Assembly: GCA_002415855.1 (NCBI GenBank)
Contig: DIAS01000056.1
Coordinates: 2,274 to 66,273 of the forward strand
DNA from: Bacteroidales bacterium UBA5072
Lineage (GTDB): Bacteria; Bacteroidota; Bacteroidia; Bacteroidales; UBA10428
DNA length: 64,000 nucleotides
Direction of reading: 5' to 3'
Part shown: piece by piece, positions 46,832-56,163 of the stretch
Layout: each line of letters starts with the position of its first letter
Position numbering within the stretch: the first letter of the stretch is position 1
Translations under genes and position numbers: made by a program
Notes under the pieces: generated by a model
Seen by the model: only the letters and a program-made list of their open reading frames with translations
Database searches by the model: none
What the model was told of the DNA's origin: nothing

Positions 46832-48232
46832 ATGTTGAAGAAAAATAGAAAAAAACAAACGGAAAAGCCCCAGATCTATGCCTTAAAAAAGGACAAAAAT
46901 GTGTTTTCTTTGTCACGTAAAGAATTCCTCGGAGCTCTTGGTACCATAGGCGCAGGCATGGCGCTATTACCAACTGATGTTATTGCAGATAAAATAGAGG
47001 ATAGCGGTAATAAACACTCCGCATTTAAAGCACATTCCAATACGGTCAACTCAATCTGTTTCAGTCCCGATGGCAAAATACTGGCTTCAGGAAGTAGTGA
47101 TAATACAATAAAACTATGGTCTATACCTGATGGGCAACTGCTGAAAACCATTGAAGGGCATACTAGTTCTGTCCTATCTGTATGTTTTAGCCCCAATGGC
47201 GAAATGCTGGCGTCGGGTGGTTGGGATCGTACCATAAAACTATGGTCCATGCCTTACGGACAACTATTGAAAACCTTAGAAGGGCATTCCAGGGATGTTA
47301 CATCAGTGAGCTTTAACCCCAATGGAAACTTACTGGCATCGGGGAGTGGGGATGATACCATCAAATTATGGTCAGTCCCTGAAGGAAATCCCCTTAAAAC
47401 ACTAAAAGGAAATTCCGGTCGTGTCTGTTCGATATGCTTTAGCCCCGATGGGAAAATACTGGCTTCGGGGAATGATTATTCTACGATTAGACTCTGGGAT
47501 GTCCTGTCATGGTCTGCCCCCAAAGGTAAAATACTTAAAACCTTAAGGGGACATTCCAAGGGTGTTAAAACAGTTTGCTTTAGCCACGATGGCAAAACAT
47601 TGGCTTCGGGGAGTGAAGATACAACCATAAATCTATGGAAAATACCAAAAAGCAAAAAGCAGAAAACCATAGAAGCAAATCCCGCTGATATCTTTGATGA
47701 AATCTTGTCAGTAAGTTTTAGCCCCGATGGAGAAACTCTTGCATCGGGTAGTGATAATACAATAAAACTATGGTCTATACCCGATGGACAACTATTGAAA
47801 ACTTTTGAAGGGAGTGCAATCAAGTCAGTTTGTTTCAGCTCCGATGGAAAAATCCTTGCATCGGGGAGTGGAGATGACACGATTAAGCTGTGGACATTGC
47901 CAGATGGAAAACCTGTTTATGTTTTATTCGACCCGGCAGCTACTGAGAAAACATATGCACGAAAAGTGCGGCAAATGGGACTGGAAACCCATACTCTGCC
48001 TTGCGGTGCGCCAATACCTGCCGGTGCTACTTGTATCTGTGACTGTATAGCCACATCGCATACATACCCGGGTTCTCAAACTGTCTGCACTTGCGATCTC
48101 ATTACCATACCAGTAGATTCGCCATTGTCTGTCGGTATGGTTTGTGTTTGTGATACCATTGTTGTTGGAACCTACACCGCGCCTAACAAAGGTGAAAGTA
48201 CAATTTATATGACCTATTGGTATCCCAATTAA
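46832..48232 (+). CDS. WD40 (7-repeat) protein with Tat-like signal and Cys-rich CxCD C-terminal tail
   Basis: N-terminus LSRKEFLGALGTIGAGMALLP. Seven repeats of the form H...V.S.CFSPDGK.LASGS.D.TIKLWS. Tail: ...PCGAPIPAGATCICDCIATSHTYPGSQTVCTCDLITIPVDSPLSVGMVCVCDTIVVGTYTAPNKGESTIYMTYWYPN. Confidence 0.85.
   Translation: MLKKNRKKQTEKPQIYALKKDKNVFSLSRKEFLGALGTIGAGMALLPTDVIADKIEDSGNKHSAFKAHSNTVNSICFSPDGKILASGSSDNTIKLWSIPDGQLLKTIEGHTSSVLSVCFSPNGEMLASGGWDRTIKLWSMPYGQLLKTLEGHSRDVTSVSFNPNGNLLASGSGDDTIKLWSVPEGNPLKTLKGNSGRVCSICFSPDGKILASGNDYSTIRLWDVLSWSAPKGKILKTLRGHSKGVKTVCFSHDGKTLASGSEDTTINLWKIPKSKKQKTIEANPADIFDEILSVSFSPDGETLASGSDNTIKLWSIPDGQLLKTFEGSAIKSVCFSSDGKILASGSGDDTIKLWTLPDGKPVYVLFDPAATEKTYARKVRQMGLETHTLPCGAPIPAGATCICDCIATSHTYPGSQTVCTCDLITIPVDSPLSVGMVCVCDTIVVGTYTAPNKGESTIYMTYWYPN
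47020..47915. repeat. seven tandem ~126-nt coding repeats (WD40 blades)
   Basis: The segment aatacaataaaactatggtctatacc(t/c)gatgg recurs nearly identically at ~47103 and ~47758. The LASGS/IKLWS landmarks recur about every 126 nt. Confidence 0.7.
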
Positions 48233-48739
48233 AGGTCTAAGAATAGGAATAACCCCGGTACGTTAAAATACAATATATTACCTGTAAACAAAAAACTGCT
48301 AATTTGCTCATAGCAAACAAGCACAACGGCATTAAACAAACTGACAGAAGTCCTGGTATGTAAGCATTAGTAGAGGATGTTTCTTGTCAATAAGGGTGAT
48401 TCGGAATCAAAATTTGATGAAAATACATTTTAATAAAAACATCAAACCAATGAATCAGTATAATCAAGTTTCAGAAAGATTTAAATTGTATCAGTAAGGC
48501 AATAATGAATTTTTGGATTGGATCGAATAATTGTAAAGGGTATAACGCAACATTAAAACTCTTGGAGGTGATTTCAGGCAAACCATTCATCAGATCGGTT
48601 GCTAATCTGGAAAACTGAAATTAATTAATGACTACTCTGCCGGGCAATGTATTGCTTCAGTGAAAGAATTGCAATTGCCACAAAACAATGTCTGGATGTT
48701 AAAAATCTGATTATATTCTGTTTGCGGGGGTCTTCAATC

Positions 48740-49087
48740 TTAATTGTCTTCTTCAAGGCTATTGTGATCATCTCCGCCTAAACTGTAATAGTTATTCTCT
48801 TCATCTTCGCTGCCAATGTTTTCCTGAAAATCATCCAATTCGGCTCCTGGAACATCCAAGTCGCTTCCGGAAAAATTATCATCAAAATCCTTTTCGTCAT
48901 TTTCCTCGTCTCCATAATCTGATTCTTTTGTTTTGGAAATATCCTCAGGATTTATTTCTCGCTCTTCCACATATTTGCTGTAAATATCTTCGCTGGCTGG
49001 ATACCTTTGGTATCCCGACAGATTTTTCTGCTTCATTCTGATTTTCTTCGTCGCAGAAAGGTCAGTTTTATCATTCTTTGCTTTCAT
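48740..49087 (-). CDS. hypothetical protein with strongly acidic, probably disordered C-terminal half
   Basis: MKAKNDKTDLS... then a D/E-rich tail (DYGDEENDEKDFDDNFSGSDLD...SEDEENNYYSLGGDD). The longer ORF to 49165 would overlap the upstream gene by 47 nt, so the ATG at 49087 is preferred. Confidence 0.45.
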   Translation of the reverse strand: MKAKNDKTDLSATKKIRMKQKNLSGYQRYPASEDIYSKYVEEREINPEDISKTKESDYGDEENDEKDFDDNFSGSDLDVPGAELDDFQENIGSEDEENNYYSLGGDDHNSLEEDN

Positions 49088-49118
49088 TTTCAAAAATGAA
49101 TGGTGTAAAAAGAGCAGA

Positions 49119-49304
49119 TCACACCTCTTCAAGAATTGTGCATAATTCTTTATACGTTTTCCCAAGCTTTTGAGCTATCATATCCAGCAAATCTTCCTGG
49201 GTACTATGTCTCCACTGGAGATCCGCATTTGTTAACAGGGGAAATCTTTGTCTGAGTTTGCTTCTCAAATCATTCCAATAGATTACATCTAATTCCTGGT
49301 TCAT
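49119..49304 (-). CDS. CsbD-like small stress protein
   Basis: W.DLRSKLRQRFPLLTNADLQ....QEDLLDMIAQKLGKTYKEL follows the CsbD/YjbJ pattern (W..(F/L)K.K.....LT..D). Confidence 0.45.
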   Translation of the reverse strand: MNQELDVIYWNDLRSKLRQRFPLLTNADLQWRHSTQEDLLDMIAQKLGKTYKELCTILEEV

Positions 49305-49369
49305 TATTATTGGTTTTTAAGTGATTATTAAACAACTAAAAGCAAGTTAATCCCGGCGGAGTGATAGCT

Positions 49370-49525
49370 TTACGTTAAGACGCGGCGTAAACTATAAAGG
49401 AAAAGAATTATGACAGCTGCTGCTGCAAGCATAATGTAGGCAACCTCACCGGTCTTGAAGACAAAAAACATAAGTGCCCAAAGTGCTATAAGCAGCACGA
49501 CGCTGATAATTAGTATTTTTTTCAT
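49370..49525 (-). CDS. unannotated 51-aa two-TM mini-protein (lmo0937-like)
   Basis: Hand-translated: MKKILIISVVLLIALWALMFFVFKTGEVAYIMLAAAAVIILFLYSLRRVLT. Below the ORF-track length cut-off. Confidence 0.4.
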   Translation of the reverse strand: MKKILIISVVLLIALWALMFFVFKTGEVAYIMLAAAAVIILFLYSLRRVLT

Positions 49526-49686
49526 GACTTTATGATTTTCAGCAGGTTGATATTACTTCACTTGATATACTAAAAGTACTTCAAATTCAAGCGGTAAGCG
49601 TTACATAATTTAAAATAAGATTTACATCATTCACACATTGGTGAGTTTACTTCGATGTATCTGCTTTGCAAGCACGAGAAATGACT

Positions 49687-52062
49687 TCACAAATGAGGCT
49701 GGATTGGCTTATTCAGGTTCTTAAAATTCTCGATGGTTAATCGTGCCATCAGGTAACTTACAGTTGATTCTGCACCCTGGTTGAGATTCACATGAGCTTC
49801 CTCGAGACCGTCATAGCAGCCCCCGGTACAGGGGTTATAGATAATCTGGTGCAGGCGGTTATTCCCTAAAAACCAGTTGAATGCAGTTACCATTTGTTTG
49901 CCATATGCTTTGTCCCCAAAAACATCGTAAAATTTGCTTAATGTCATCACGGTGTAAGCAACATCAATGGGTTGTTCACCAAAATGACCGGCTTTCTGCC
50001 CCTTTTTTAACCAGTGTTTATTGGAAATTACTTCAATCCCGTTTTCATTAAAGGTTCGTGACACAAGAAAATTAAACGACGATATGGCAATGTCCCTATA
50101 AATTGCATCTCCGGTCAGTAACCAGGTATATAACATGGCTTCAGGCAATATGCTGTTCGCATAGGTAAGATAGCCTTCAAACCATTCCCATGTTGAGCCC
50201 GATTCATGTTTATACATCTGAACCAAACGATCAGCCAGCGTTTTTATGAGGACGAGATTCTCAGGAAGCCTTGTGTTGATTTGATAGAAATAAATCCCCT
50301 TTATTGCGAATGCCATGGCACGCGTAGAGTGCACATTAGCTATACGATCCAGCGACTTCTTAAGAATTTTTATGGCCTCTGAAATGATCTCCTGGGGAAG
50401 GAGGCCGTTTAATGATGCAACAAATCCCAAAGCCCAAACAGCCCTTCCGTTGGCATCATCTAAATTGGTATTTTTGTTTTGACTGGTAAAGTTGTTTTCC
50501 TTATCTACATAATTAAAAAATTTACCGGTAGGCTGCTGGCAGAATTTTATGAAATTGAGGTATTTAAGGATAAAGTGCACATCTTTATCCTCCCCCGTAA
50601 GCTGGTAGTGCATGCACATGGCCACAAGGGCCCTTGCGTTATCATCAAGTGTGTAACCTGATTCAATATCGGGTTGATTGATTTTTGAAAACTGAATGAT
50701 ACCGGTGTTGGTCGTCATTAGTTTCATATGATTCAGGTTTAGTTCAGGCAGATTATAGCTTACAGTAATTTTGCCGCAGGAGATTTTTTCGAACAGCATA
50801 GCATGTGAAACAGCAGAATTTTCCCAGGCTGTGGAAACTATTTTCTGTAAGGTATTTGAGCTGATACTTCTTCGCAATGGTTCATTTTTAAGTAACCTGA
50901 TTACACTATCTGATAATTGCTGTGCGTTGCGGAAATCAAAGATAATTCCTGTATCCCCGGTCAATACTTCCCTTGCATGCGGAATAGGGGTAGAAATAAT
51001 GGGACAGGCGCAACTCATGGCATAGGAAAACGTTCCGCTTACTGCCTGGTTAGGATCGTTAGTTGTAAACAAATAAATATCTGTAAGTTGCAAGAATTCT
51101 AGCAGTTCCGGTAAAGCCAAATATTTGTTAATGAATATCACATGATCTGACAATTCATATAGTTTTACTTTCTGCTCCAAGCTTTCACGGTATTCTTCCC
51201 CTTCTGTTTTCTTAACTTCAGGGTGTGTTTTGCCAATGATCAGAAATACTGCTTCAGGGCATTGGCTGATTATGGCAGGTAATGCTTTAATGGTTGTTTC
51301 AATACTCTTGCCGGAACTGAGAAGACCAAACGTAGTAAGGACCCTACGGCCTTTTAACCCATATTTCCTTTTTAAAAGGTCCTTGCTTAAATGTGGTACC
51401 AAATGTGTGCCATGGGCTATCACCGTTATTTTCGGTTCCGGTACTCCATAATCACTCGTTAAAATCGCGGCGGAATTATGGGTCATTACTACAATTGACT
51501 CGCATACAGCTGCAATGCTAAATATTTTTGTTTTTAAAAGTTTATCCGGATGAGGCAATACCGTATGAAAAACAATAACAACCGGCTTGGAAAGTTCAAA
51601 TAAAAACTGCAGAAATGACTGCTCCTGTAATTTAAAAAAGCCAAACTCATGCTGGATCAGCACAATTTTGATACGATGGTCGTTGTTAATAGTGGCTGCC
51701 AGTTTTTCATATTCGGCTGCTAATGATGTATTGAGAACATATTTTACTTCAACGGGATAGGTATAATTAATTTCTCCTGTTTCCAAGGCACAAACTCTTA
51801 TTGACAATGAATTGCTGAATTTATTATTCAGTGCCTTTATCAAATCCTGGGAATAGGTTGCTATACCGCAAACCCTCGGTGGATAGGAGGTAATAAACAA
51901 GATTTCGGCCAGATCAAGGCTATCATGGTTTGGTTGACTTTCAACGTATCTTGGAATGATCCTTGAATCAACAGCATTTTCTAAATCACTCCACTCTTGT
52001 TTCAATGCAATCATATGTTCAAATTCCTTCGTAACGAGTTCATTTTTCATCTCTGCTGTCAT
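49687..52062 (-). CDS. glycosyltransferase (GT4-like) fused to a large C-terminal domain
   Basis: The N-terminal ~430 aa have a GT-B/GT4 layout (ITSYPPRVCGIATYSQDL ... FTTNDPNQAVSGTFSYAMSCACPIISTP). The C-terminal ~350 aa are helical, possibly (alpha/alpha)6-like. Confidence 0.7.
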   Translation of the reverse strand: MTAEMKNELVTKEFEHMIALKQEWSDLENAVDSRIIPRYVESQPNHDSLDLAEILFITSYPPRVCGIATYSQDLIKALNNKFSNSLSIRVCALETGEINYTYPVEVKYVLNTSLAAEYEKLAATINNDHRIKIVLIQHEFGFFKLQEQSFLQFLFELSKPVVIVFHTVLPHPDKLLKTKIFSIAAVCESIVVMTHNSAAILTSDYGVPEPKITVIAHGTHLVPHLSKDLLKRKYGLKGRRVLTTFGLLSSGKSIETTIKALPAIISQCPEAVFLIIGKTHPEVKKTEGEEYRESLEQKVKLYELSDHVIFINKYLALPELLEFLQLTDIYLFTTNDPNQAVSGTFSYAMSCACPIISTPIPHAREVLTGDTGIIFDFRNAQQLSDSVIRLLKNEPLRRSISSNTLQKIVSTAWENSAVSHAMLFEKISCGKITVSYNLPELNLNHMKLMTTNTGIIQFSKINQPDIESGYTLDDNARALVAMCMHYQLTGEDKDVHFILKYLNFIKFCQQPTGKFFNYVDKENNFTSQNKNTNLDDANGRAVWALGFVASLNGLLPQEIISEAIKILKKSLDRIANVHSTRAMAFAIKGIYFYQINTRLPENLVLIKTLADRLVQMYKHESGSTWEWFEGYLTYANSILPEAMLYTWLLTGDAIYRDIAISSFNFLVSRTFNENGIEVISNKHWLKKGQKAGHFGEQPIDVAYTVMTLSKFYDVFGDKAYGKQMVTAFNWFLGNNRLHQIIYNPCTGGCYDGLEEAHVNLNQGAESTVSYLMARLTIENFKNLNKPIQPHL

Positions 52063-53083
52063 AAGTTAATAATTCAGTCAATAATGCGGGCAAATTCACA
52101 GAGGCACAGGCAATCTGTGTATCTGCTGCTCCATAATAAATAAACAGGGTATTTCCAAAAATGGCGCTCCCTGAGGGAAAAACTACATTATTCACTTCGC
52201 CAAGTAATTCCCATTCGAATTCTGGTGAGAATAAAGCATAGGGTAATCGGGCAATTTCTTTTGCCGGATCATTCAAATCCAATAATGCAGCGCAGGCAGA
52301 ATAAATAACCCCATGTTGCGTCTCTTTCACTCCATGGTAAATCAGCAGCCATCCGTGTTCTGTTTCAATGGGAGGGCAACCGCTGCCAATATAGCTTAGC
52401 TCATGTGCATGAACAGGATCCATAACAATATGATCCTGAAGACTAAAAAAATAATTGTCCCAAAATTCTTTGGTGAGTTCCTTTACGCTATTTACCGATA
52501 CAACTTGAATACCAGGCCTGATCCGGTGGAAAAACACCAGTTTGTTATTGATTTTTCGGGGAAAGAAAACCACATTTTTATCCCACAGCATAATTTTTCT
52601 TTCAGGATCTGCTTCCTGGTAATAGAACTTATGATTGCGGTAGTAATTTTTGTTGACCTTACCAGCTGATTCAGCAAGAAATACAAATTCAGCATAGGTG
52701 ATTGGGGGGACAATGATTCCTTGCTTTTCAAAATGCTTTAAGTCCTTCGAAATAGCCAAAGCCCCACGGGCATTTGTGCCATCGTATCCTGTGTAGGTCA
52801 TATAATACAGACCATCAATTTTTACAATCCTAGCATCTTCAACACCATGCGACTCATAATCGAACTCAGGCAACATGAAAGGCTTATCCCATCTTTCAGC
52901 AACTGTTAAAGGACCATCGAGCCTGCAGTATCCGATGCTCGAATGGTTTCCTTTACGAACAGCCCGGTAGAAAACATGAACACTGTCGCCTACACGTATT
53001 ACTGCCGGATTTAATACACCTTCGTTTTCAAATTCCAAATCAGTCTTTGATAATAAAACGCCTTCTTTTTTTACCTCTATCAT
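52040..53083 (-). CDS. GH130-family glycoside phosphorylase/hydrolase (DUF377-type)
   Basis: GVLNPAVIRVGDSVHVFYRAV ... EDARIVKIDGLYYMTYTGYDG ... LLIYHG are five-bladed propeller motifs of GH130. 23-nt overlap with the GT gene. Confidence 0.75.
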   Translation of the reverse strand: MIEVKKEGVLLSKTDLEFENEGVLNPAVIRVGDSVHVFYRAVRKGNHSSIGYCRLDGPLTVAERWDKPFMLPEFDYESHGVEDARIVKIDGLYYMTYTGYDGTNARGALAISKDLKHFEKQGIIVPPITYAEFVFLAESAGKVNKNYYRNHKFYYQEADPERKIMLWDKNVVFFPRKINNKLVFFHRIRPGIQVVSVNSVKELTKEFWDNYFFSLQDHIVMDPVHAHELSYIGSGCPPIETEHGWLLIYHGVKETQHGVIYSACAALLDLNDPAKEIARLPYALFSPEFEWELLGEVNNVVFPSGSAIFGNTLFIYYGAADTQIACASVNLPALLTELLTYDSRDEK

Positions 53084-54195
53084 GGTGATTTGTGTAAAAT
53101 TTTTTTAAAGATTGGTTTGATGATCAATAATGGGGGCATGGTATCGCCCAATAAAAATCCCCAGGGTTTTAGGGGCTCAATATGATCAAAAATCAGTTTA
53201 ATAATAGCCGTAAGCGGAATAGCAATTAACATTCCAGGAATGCCCCATAAAGCGCCAAATGTGATAACTGCGATGATGGAAATAAGGGCATTGATTTTTA
53301 CTTTTGATGCGACGATTTTTGGAACGATGTAGTTATTATCAATGAATTGGATGAAAACATATAGTGCCAGGACCAACAATGCAAACCACGGCGATGTTTT
53401 AGTAACTATAGCAATCATCATCGGCAACGAAGCCGCAATCCAAGAGCCGATATAGGGAATAAGATTAAGAAATGCTCCAATTATTCCTAGTACAAGGGCA
53501 TACTCTATTCCCATTATCAATAGGCCAATAGAATATAATGCAGCAATTATTGCAGTTTCTATGAGCAGTCCGATGAGGTATTTTTGTATGAGCATTTTAA
53601 TCTGGGTAATGATTTCGTTCACTTCCTCACGGTTGCTGGCACCAAATAGTTTGCGAAAAAATTCAAGCAGGAGTGGTTGGTAAAGAATTATCATAAAAAT
53701 GTACACGGGAATTAAAATAATTACAACTATCATGTTGCCAATGCCGATAATTGTTTGCCCAATAGCAGAGCTGCTGGTATTGATGAAGTCACCTTTGGTT
53801 TCTGTAATCCAATCATGGAACTTATCCGGTTTTACATCGAAATAACCTGATAACCCTGTTATTGCATTATTAAGAATTGTGATGAATTTATCCATGAGCA
53901 CAGGCCATGATTCTGTAAACCGGCTTGCCTGCGAAAACAAAAGAGCACCAAACGCTGCAATTACCAATAAGGTAAGGAATAAAGTTATTATGATTGCCAC
54001 TACCCTGTTTATTTTCAACCGTACAAAAATATTCACAACAGGGTGGAGCACTATGGCGATGATTACTGAGAAAACGAGGGGAATAATAATACCCTTTGCG
54101 ATGTACATCAGTGTTAACAAGGCTATCAGACCAATAAGCATAATAATGGCCTTTGCATATAGCGGGAATTTTATTTCTTTAATAATCAAGGCCAT
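53080..54195 (-). CDS. AI-2E family transporter (PerM-like)
   Basis: Eight-TM profile with the conserved LNLIPYIGSWIAA segment. ATGA overlap with the GH130 gene. Confidence 0.8.
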   Translation of the reverse strand: MALIIKEIKFPLYAKAIIMLIGLIALLTLMYIAKGIIIPLVFSVIIAIVLHPVVNIFVRLKINRVVAIIITLFLTLLVIAAFGALLFSQASRFTESWPVLMDKFITILNNAITGLSGYFDVKPDKFHDWITETKGDFINTSSSAIGQTIIGIGNMIVVIILIPVYIFMIILYQPLLLEFFRKLFGASNREEVNEIITQIKMLIQKYLIGLLIETAIIAALYSIGLLIMGIEYALVLGIIGAFLNLIPYIGSWIAASLPMMIAIVTKTSPWFALLVLALYVFIQFIDNNYIVPKIVASKVKINALISIIAVITFGALWGIPGMLIAIPLTAIIKLIFDHIEPLKPWGFLLGDTMPPLLIIKPIFKKILHKSP

Positions 54196-54218
54196 ATAGA
54201 ATTCATTTATTTGCTATG

Positions 54219-54620
54219 CTAATGAGTTAAAGGTCCACTTTTATTGAAAATATGCTGAATGAACTGCCGACCGTATGATTTAATCATACCAGCATGCCGG
54301 GCCACAACATTTGTAACACCAAACTGCAAAATTGCACCAAACAATTTTCTAACCCTGTTGACAGACGTACCCACAATCATCTTCTTTGAAAGATACCCGG
54401 TAACCAATCCCAGCATGGTGCCTATGATATTATCAATCAAATAAGGTGATGAGGTTATATCGTTCAGGGTGCTCCTGAAAAGGTTTACCGGCTTTAAACT
54501 ATCGTAGACAGGGTAGAATTCCTGCTTTAATCGTTCCAATTTAACGGCTTGATCAGCTTCTAGTAATTCAATCGCCTTTTTTAGCCCGGTTGTGGAAGTT
54601 ATGTTTTCCATGTATGTCAT
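54219..54620 (-). CDS. hypothetical protein (partner of the YtxH/holin-like genes)
   Basis: 133 aa; 4-nt overlap with the upstream gene. No motif recognised. Confidence 0.45.
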   Translation of the reverse strand: MTYMENITSTTGLKKAIELLEADQAVKLERLKQEFYPVYDSLKPVNLFRSTLNDITSSPYLIDNIIGTMLGLVTGYLSKKMIVGTSVNRVRKLFGAILQFGVTNVVARHAGMIKSYGRQFIQHIFNKSGPLTH

Positions 54621-54970
54621 TTAAGCACTTGCTTAATAAAATAATTACCGATAAGCCTCTTGAACCATTTATGCATGAGAAAATGCAAAACAATTGCTGA
54701 AATTCCATAAAAAGCAGCCACCACAAAGAAGCCAAAATAAACATTGCCAAGGATCTCCCCAAGCCAGAAGGCTAATCCCAAATTGAGAAAGATCATGAAT
54801 GATGCAATCAAGAAAAAGACAATCGCATGGGGTACAAAAGAAGAAACGACATCTGATGATTTATCCAGGGTTTTGAGTTTTACCAACTCATAGCTTGTTT
54901 TGCCGTATTCTGCAGCTCTTTCCAGCAATGACTCAATCAACTTCGCAGTGTCTTCCATGGCTTCGGTCAT
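54617..54970 (-). CDS. phage-holin-family / Holin-X-like membrane protein
   Basis: An amphipathic N-terminal helix followed by two TM helices. Typical neighbour of YtxH in Bacteroidota. Confidence 0.5.
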   Translation of the reverse strand: MTEAMEDTAKLIESLLERAAEYGKTSYELVKLKTLDKSSDVVSSFVPHAIVFFLIASFMIFLNLGLAFWLGEILGNVYFGFFVVAAFYGISAIVLHFLMHKWFKRLIGNYFIKQVLK

Positions 54971-54978
54971 TATTCTAT

Positions 54979-55299
54979 TCAGCTCCTGGCTGCTTTTGCA
55001 TCTTTTTGAGACTCCTCAGATTTAGTCTTACCCTGTTCAGCAAAGTCGGTAACTTCCTCCTTTGCCCTTTCAAATTTTTCGGTGATGTTGTCAAGAAATT
55101 CATTGAATTTTTCTTTCAATTCATCTGCATAAGCCTCTCCCTTTTTAGCTATTTTTTTCCGGGTTTCCGAACCTTTTTCCGGGGCAAATAATATCCCCAA
55201 CAATGCTCCGGCGGCAACGCCAGCCAAAACACCCAATAATACTTTTCCTGAACTCATAGTTATATTTTTAATGATTTTATTAAATTCCAATTTGGCCAA
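54979..55299 (-). CDS. YtxH domain protein
   Basis: LLGVLAGVAAGALLGILFAPEKGSETRKKI followed by a charged coiled region. Confidence 0.8.
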   Translation of the reverse strand: MAKLEFNKIIKNITMSSGKVLLGVLAGVAAGALLGILFAPEKGSETRKKIAKKGEAYADELKEKFNEFLDNITEKFERAKEEVTDFAEQGKTKSEESQKDAKAARS

Positions 55300-55422
55300 T
55301 TCAAAGAAGGTCTGAAAAGGGCGATAATTTTAGGATCAACCTGTATATTACGCCCTGCCCATCCGGTGAGAAAAGCTTTCAGTCCCTTTTGTAAATTATC
55401 ATTCAAAATTTCAGCAATGATG

Positions 55423-55578
55423 CTAAAGAGCTCTTCTCCCCTGAATAACCCTAAATAGTATTACAATTATTGCAACTACAAGAAGAACGTGAATGAGACC
55501 TCCGGCATTGAAGCCAATTAGTCCGATTGCCCATGCAATAATCAGGACCACTGCAAGGATGTAAAGTGAATTTCCCAT
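55423..55578 (-). CDS. unannotated 51-aa lmo0937-family membrane mini-protein
   Basis: Hand-translated: MGNSLYILAVVLIIAWAIGLIGFNAGGLIHVLLVVAIIVILFRVIQGRRAL. This closely matches the family pattern I recall (..ILIILW.IGF......GLIH.LLV.AII..L...I.GRR). Confidence 0.6.
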   Translation of the reverse strand: MGNSLYILAVVLIIAWAIGLIGFNAGGLIHVLLVVAIIVILFRVIQGRRAL

Positions 55579-55657
55579 GTCTTTGAATTTAAGTTATTAC
55601 TGTTAAAATATATTCGAGTGTAATCTATTTGTGCTTTAACCGAATTGATAACTTCTT

Positions 55658-56032
55658 TTAATCGTATCCACTTTTTATGATGGTCGAAATCATTTTGAAG
55701 CGCTCGTTGGCTTTTACAATATTGGATGAATGAGCCGGTATAATAATGGACTGTCCGGTATCCAGCAAATTAGATATCCCATCAATTAAGATCTCAGCCC
55801 TACCATCAATGATTTGGACAAAAGTGTCGAACGGAAGGATTTTTTCAGCCAGGGCTTCACCAGTATCAAATGAAACAGCGCTGATATTGCCTGTCGTTTT
55901 CTTTATTATTGATTTAATGACAACCGTATTAGGAACATATTCAATTATCTCAACAATAATATGCGCTTTTGCTTTTTCAACCCCGTTGTTATCCATCTTT
56001 TCCAGTTTATTTGCCAATGTATGTGTCCTCAA
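55658..56032 (-). CDS. cupin domain protein
   Basis: 124 aa with a beta-barrel pattern (...FVQIIDGRAEILIDG...IIIPAHS...). Confidence 0.65.
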   Translation of the reverse strand: MRTHTLANKLEKMDNNGVEKAKAHIIVEIIEYVPNTVVIKSIIKKTTGNISAVSFDTGEALAEKILPFDTFVQIIDGRAEILIDGISNLLDTGQSIIIPAHSSNIVKANERFKMISTIIKSGYD

Positions 56033-56163
56033 TAGAGATCAAAGGTTGATTTTTCGTCCGGCCTTTGATAAAGTTGGCTTCTTGGGAATATTAATTTCCA
56101 TAACAAAGGTGAAACCCTTTATTTCAGGAATCATTACACAATTCAGGGAATAAGTTACATCAT

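Noticed and set aside
48233-48739. 507-nt gene-free stretch downstream of the WD40 gene, inspected for RNA genes, Cys-rich micro-ORFs or repeats
   Set aside because: It holds only AT-rich sequence with a 26-aa random-looking ORF (48416). There is no tRNA-like T-arm, no strong hairpins and no CxC coding potential.
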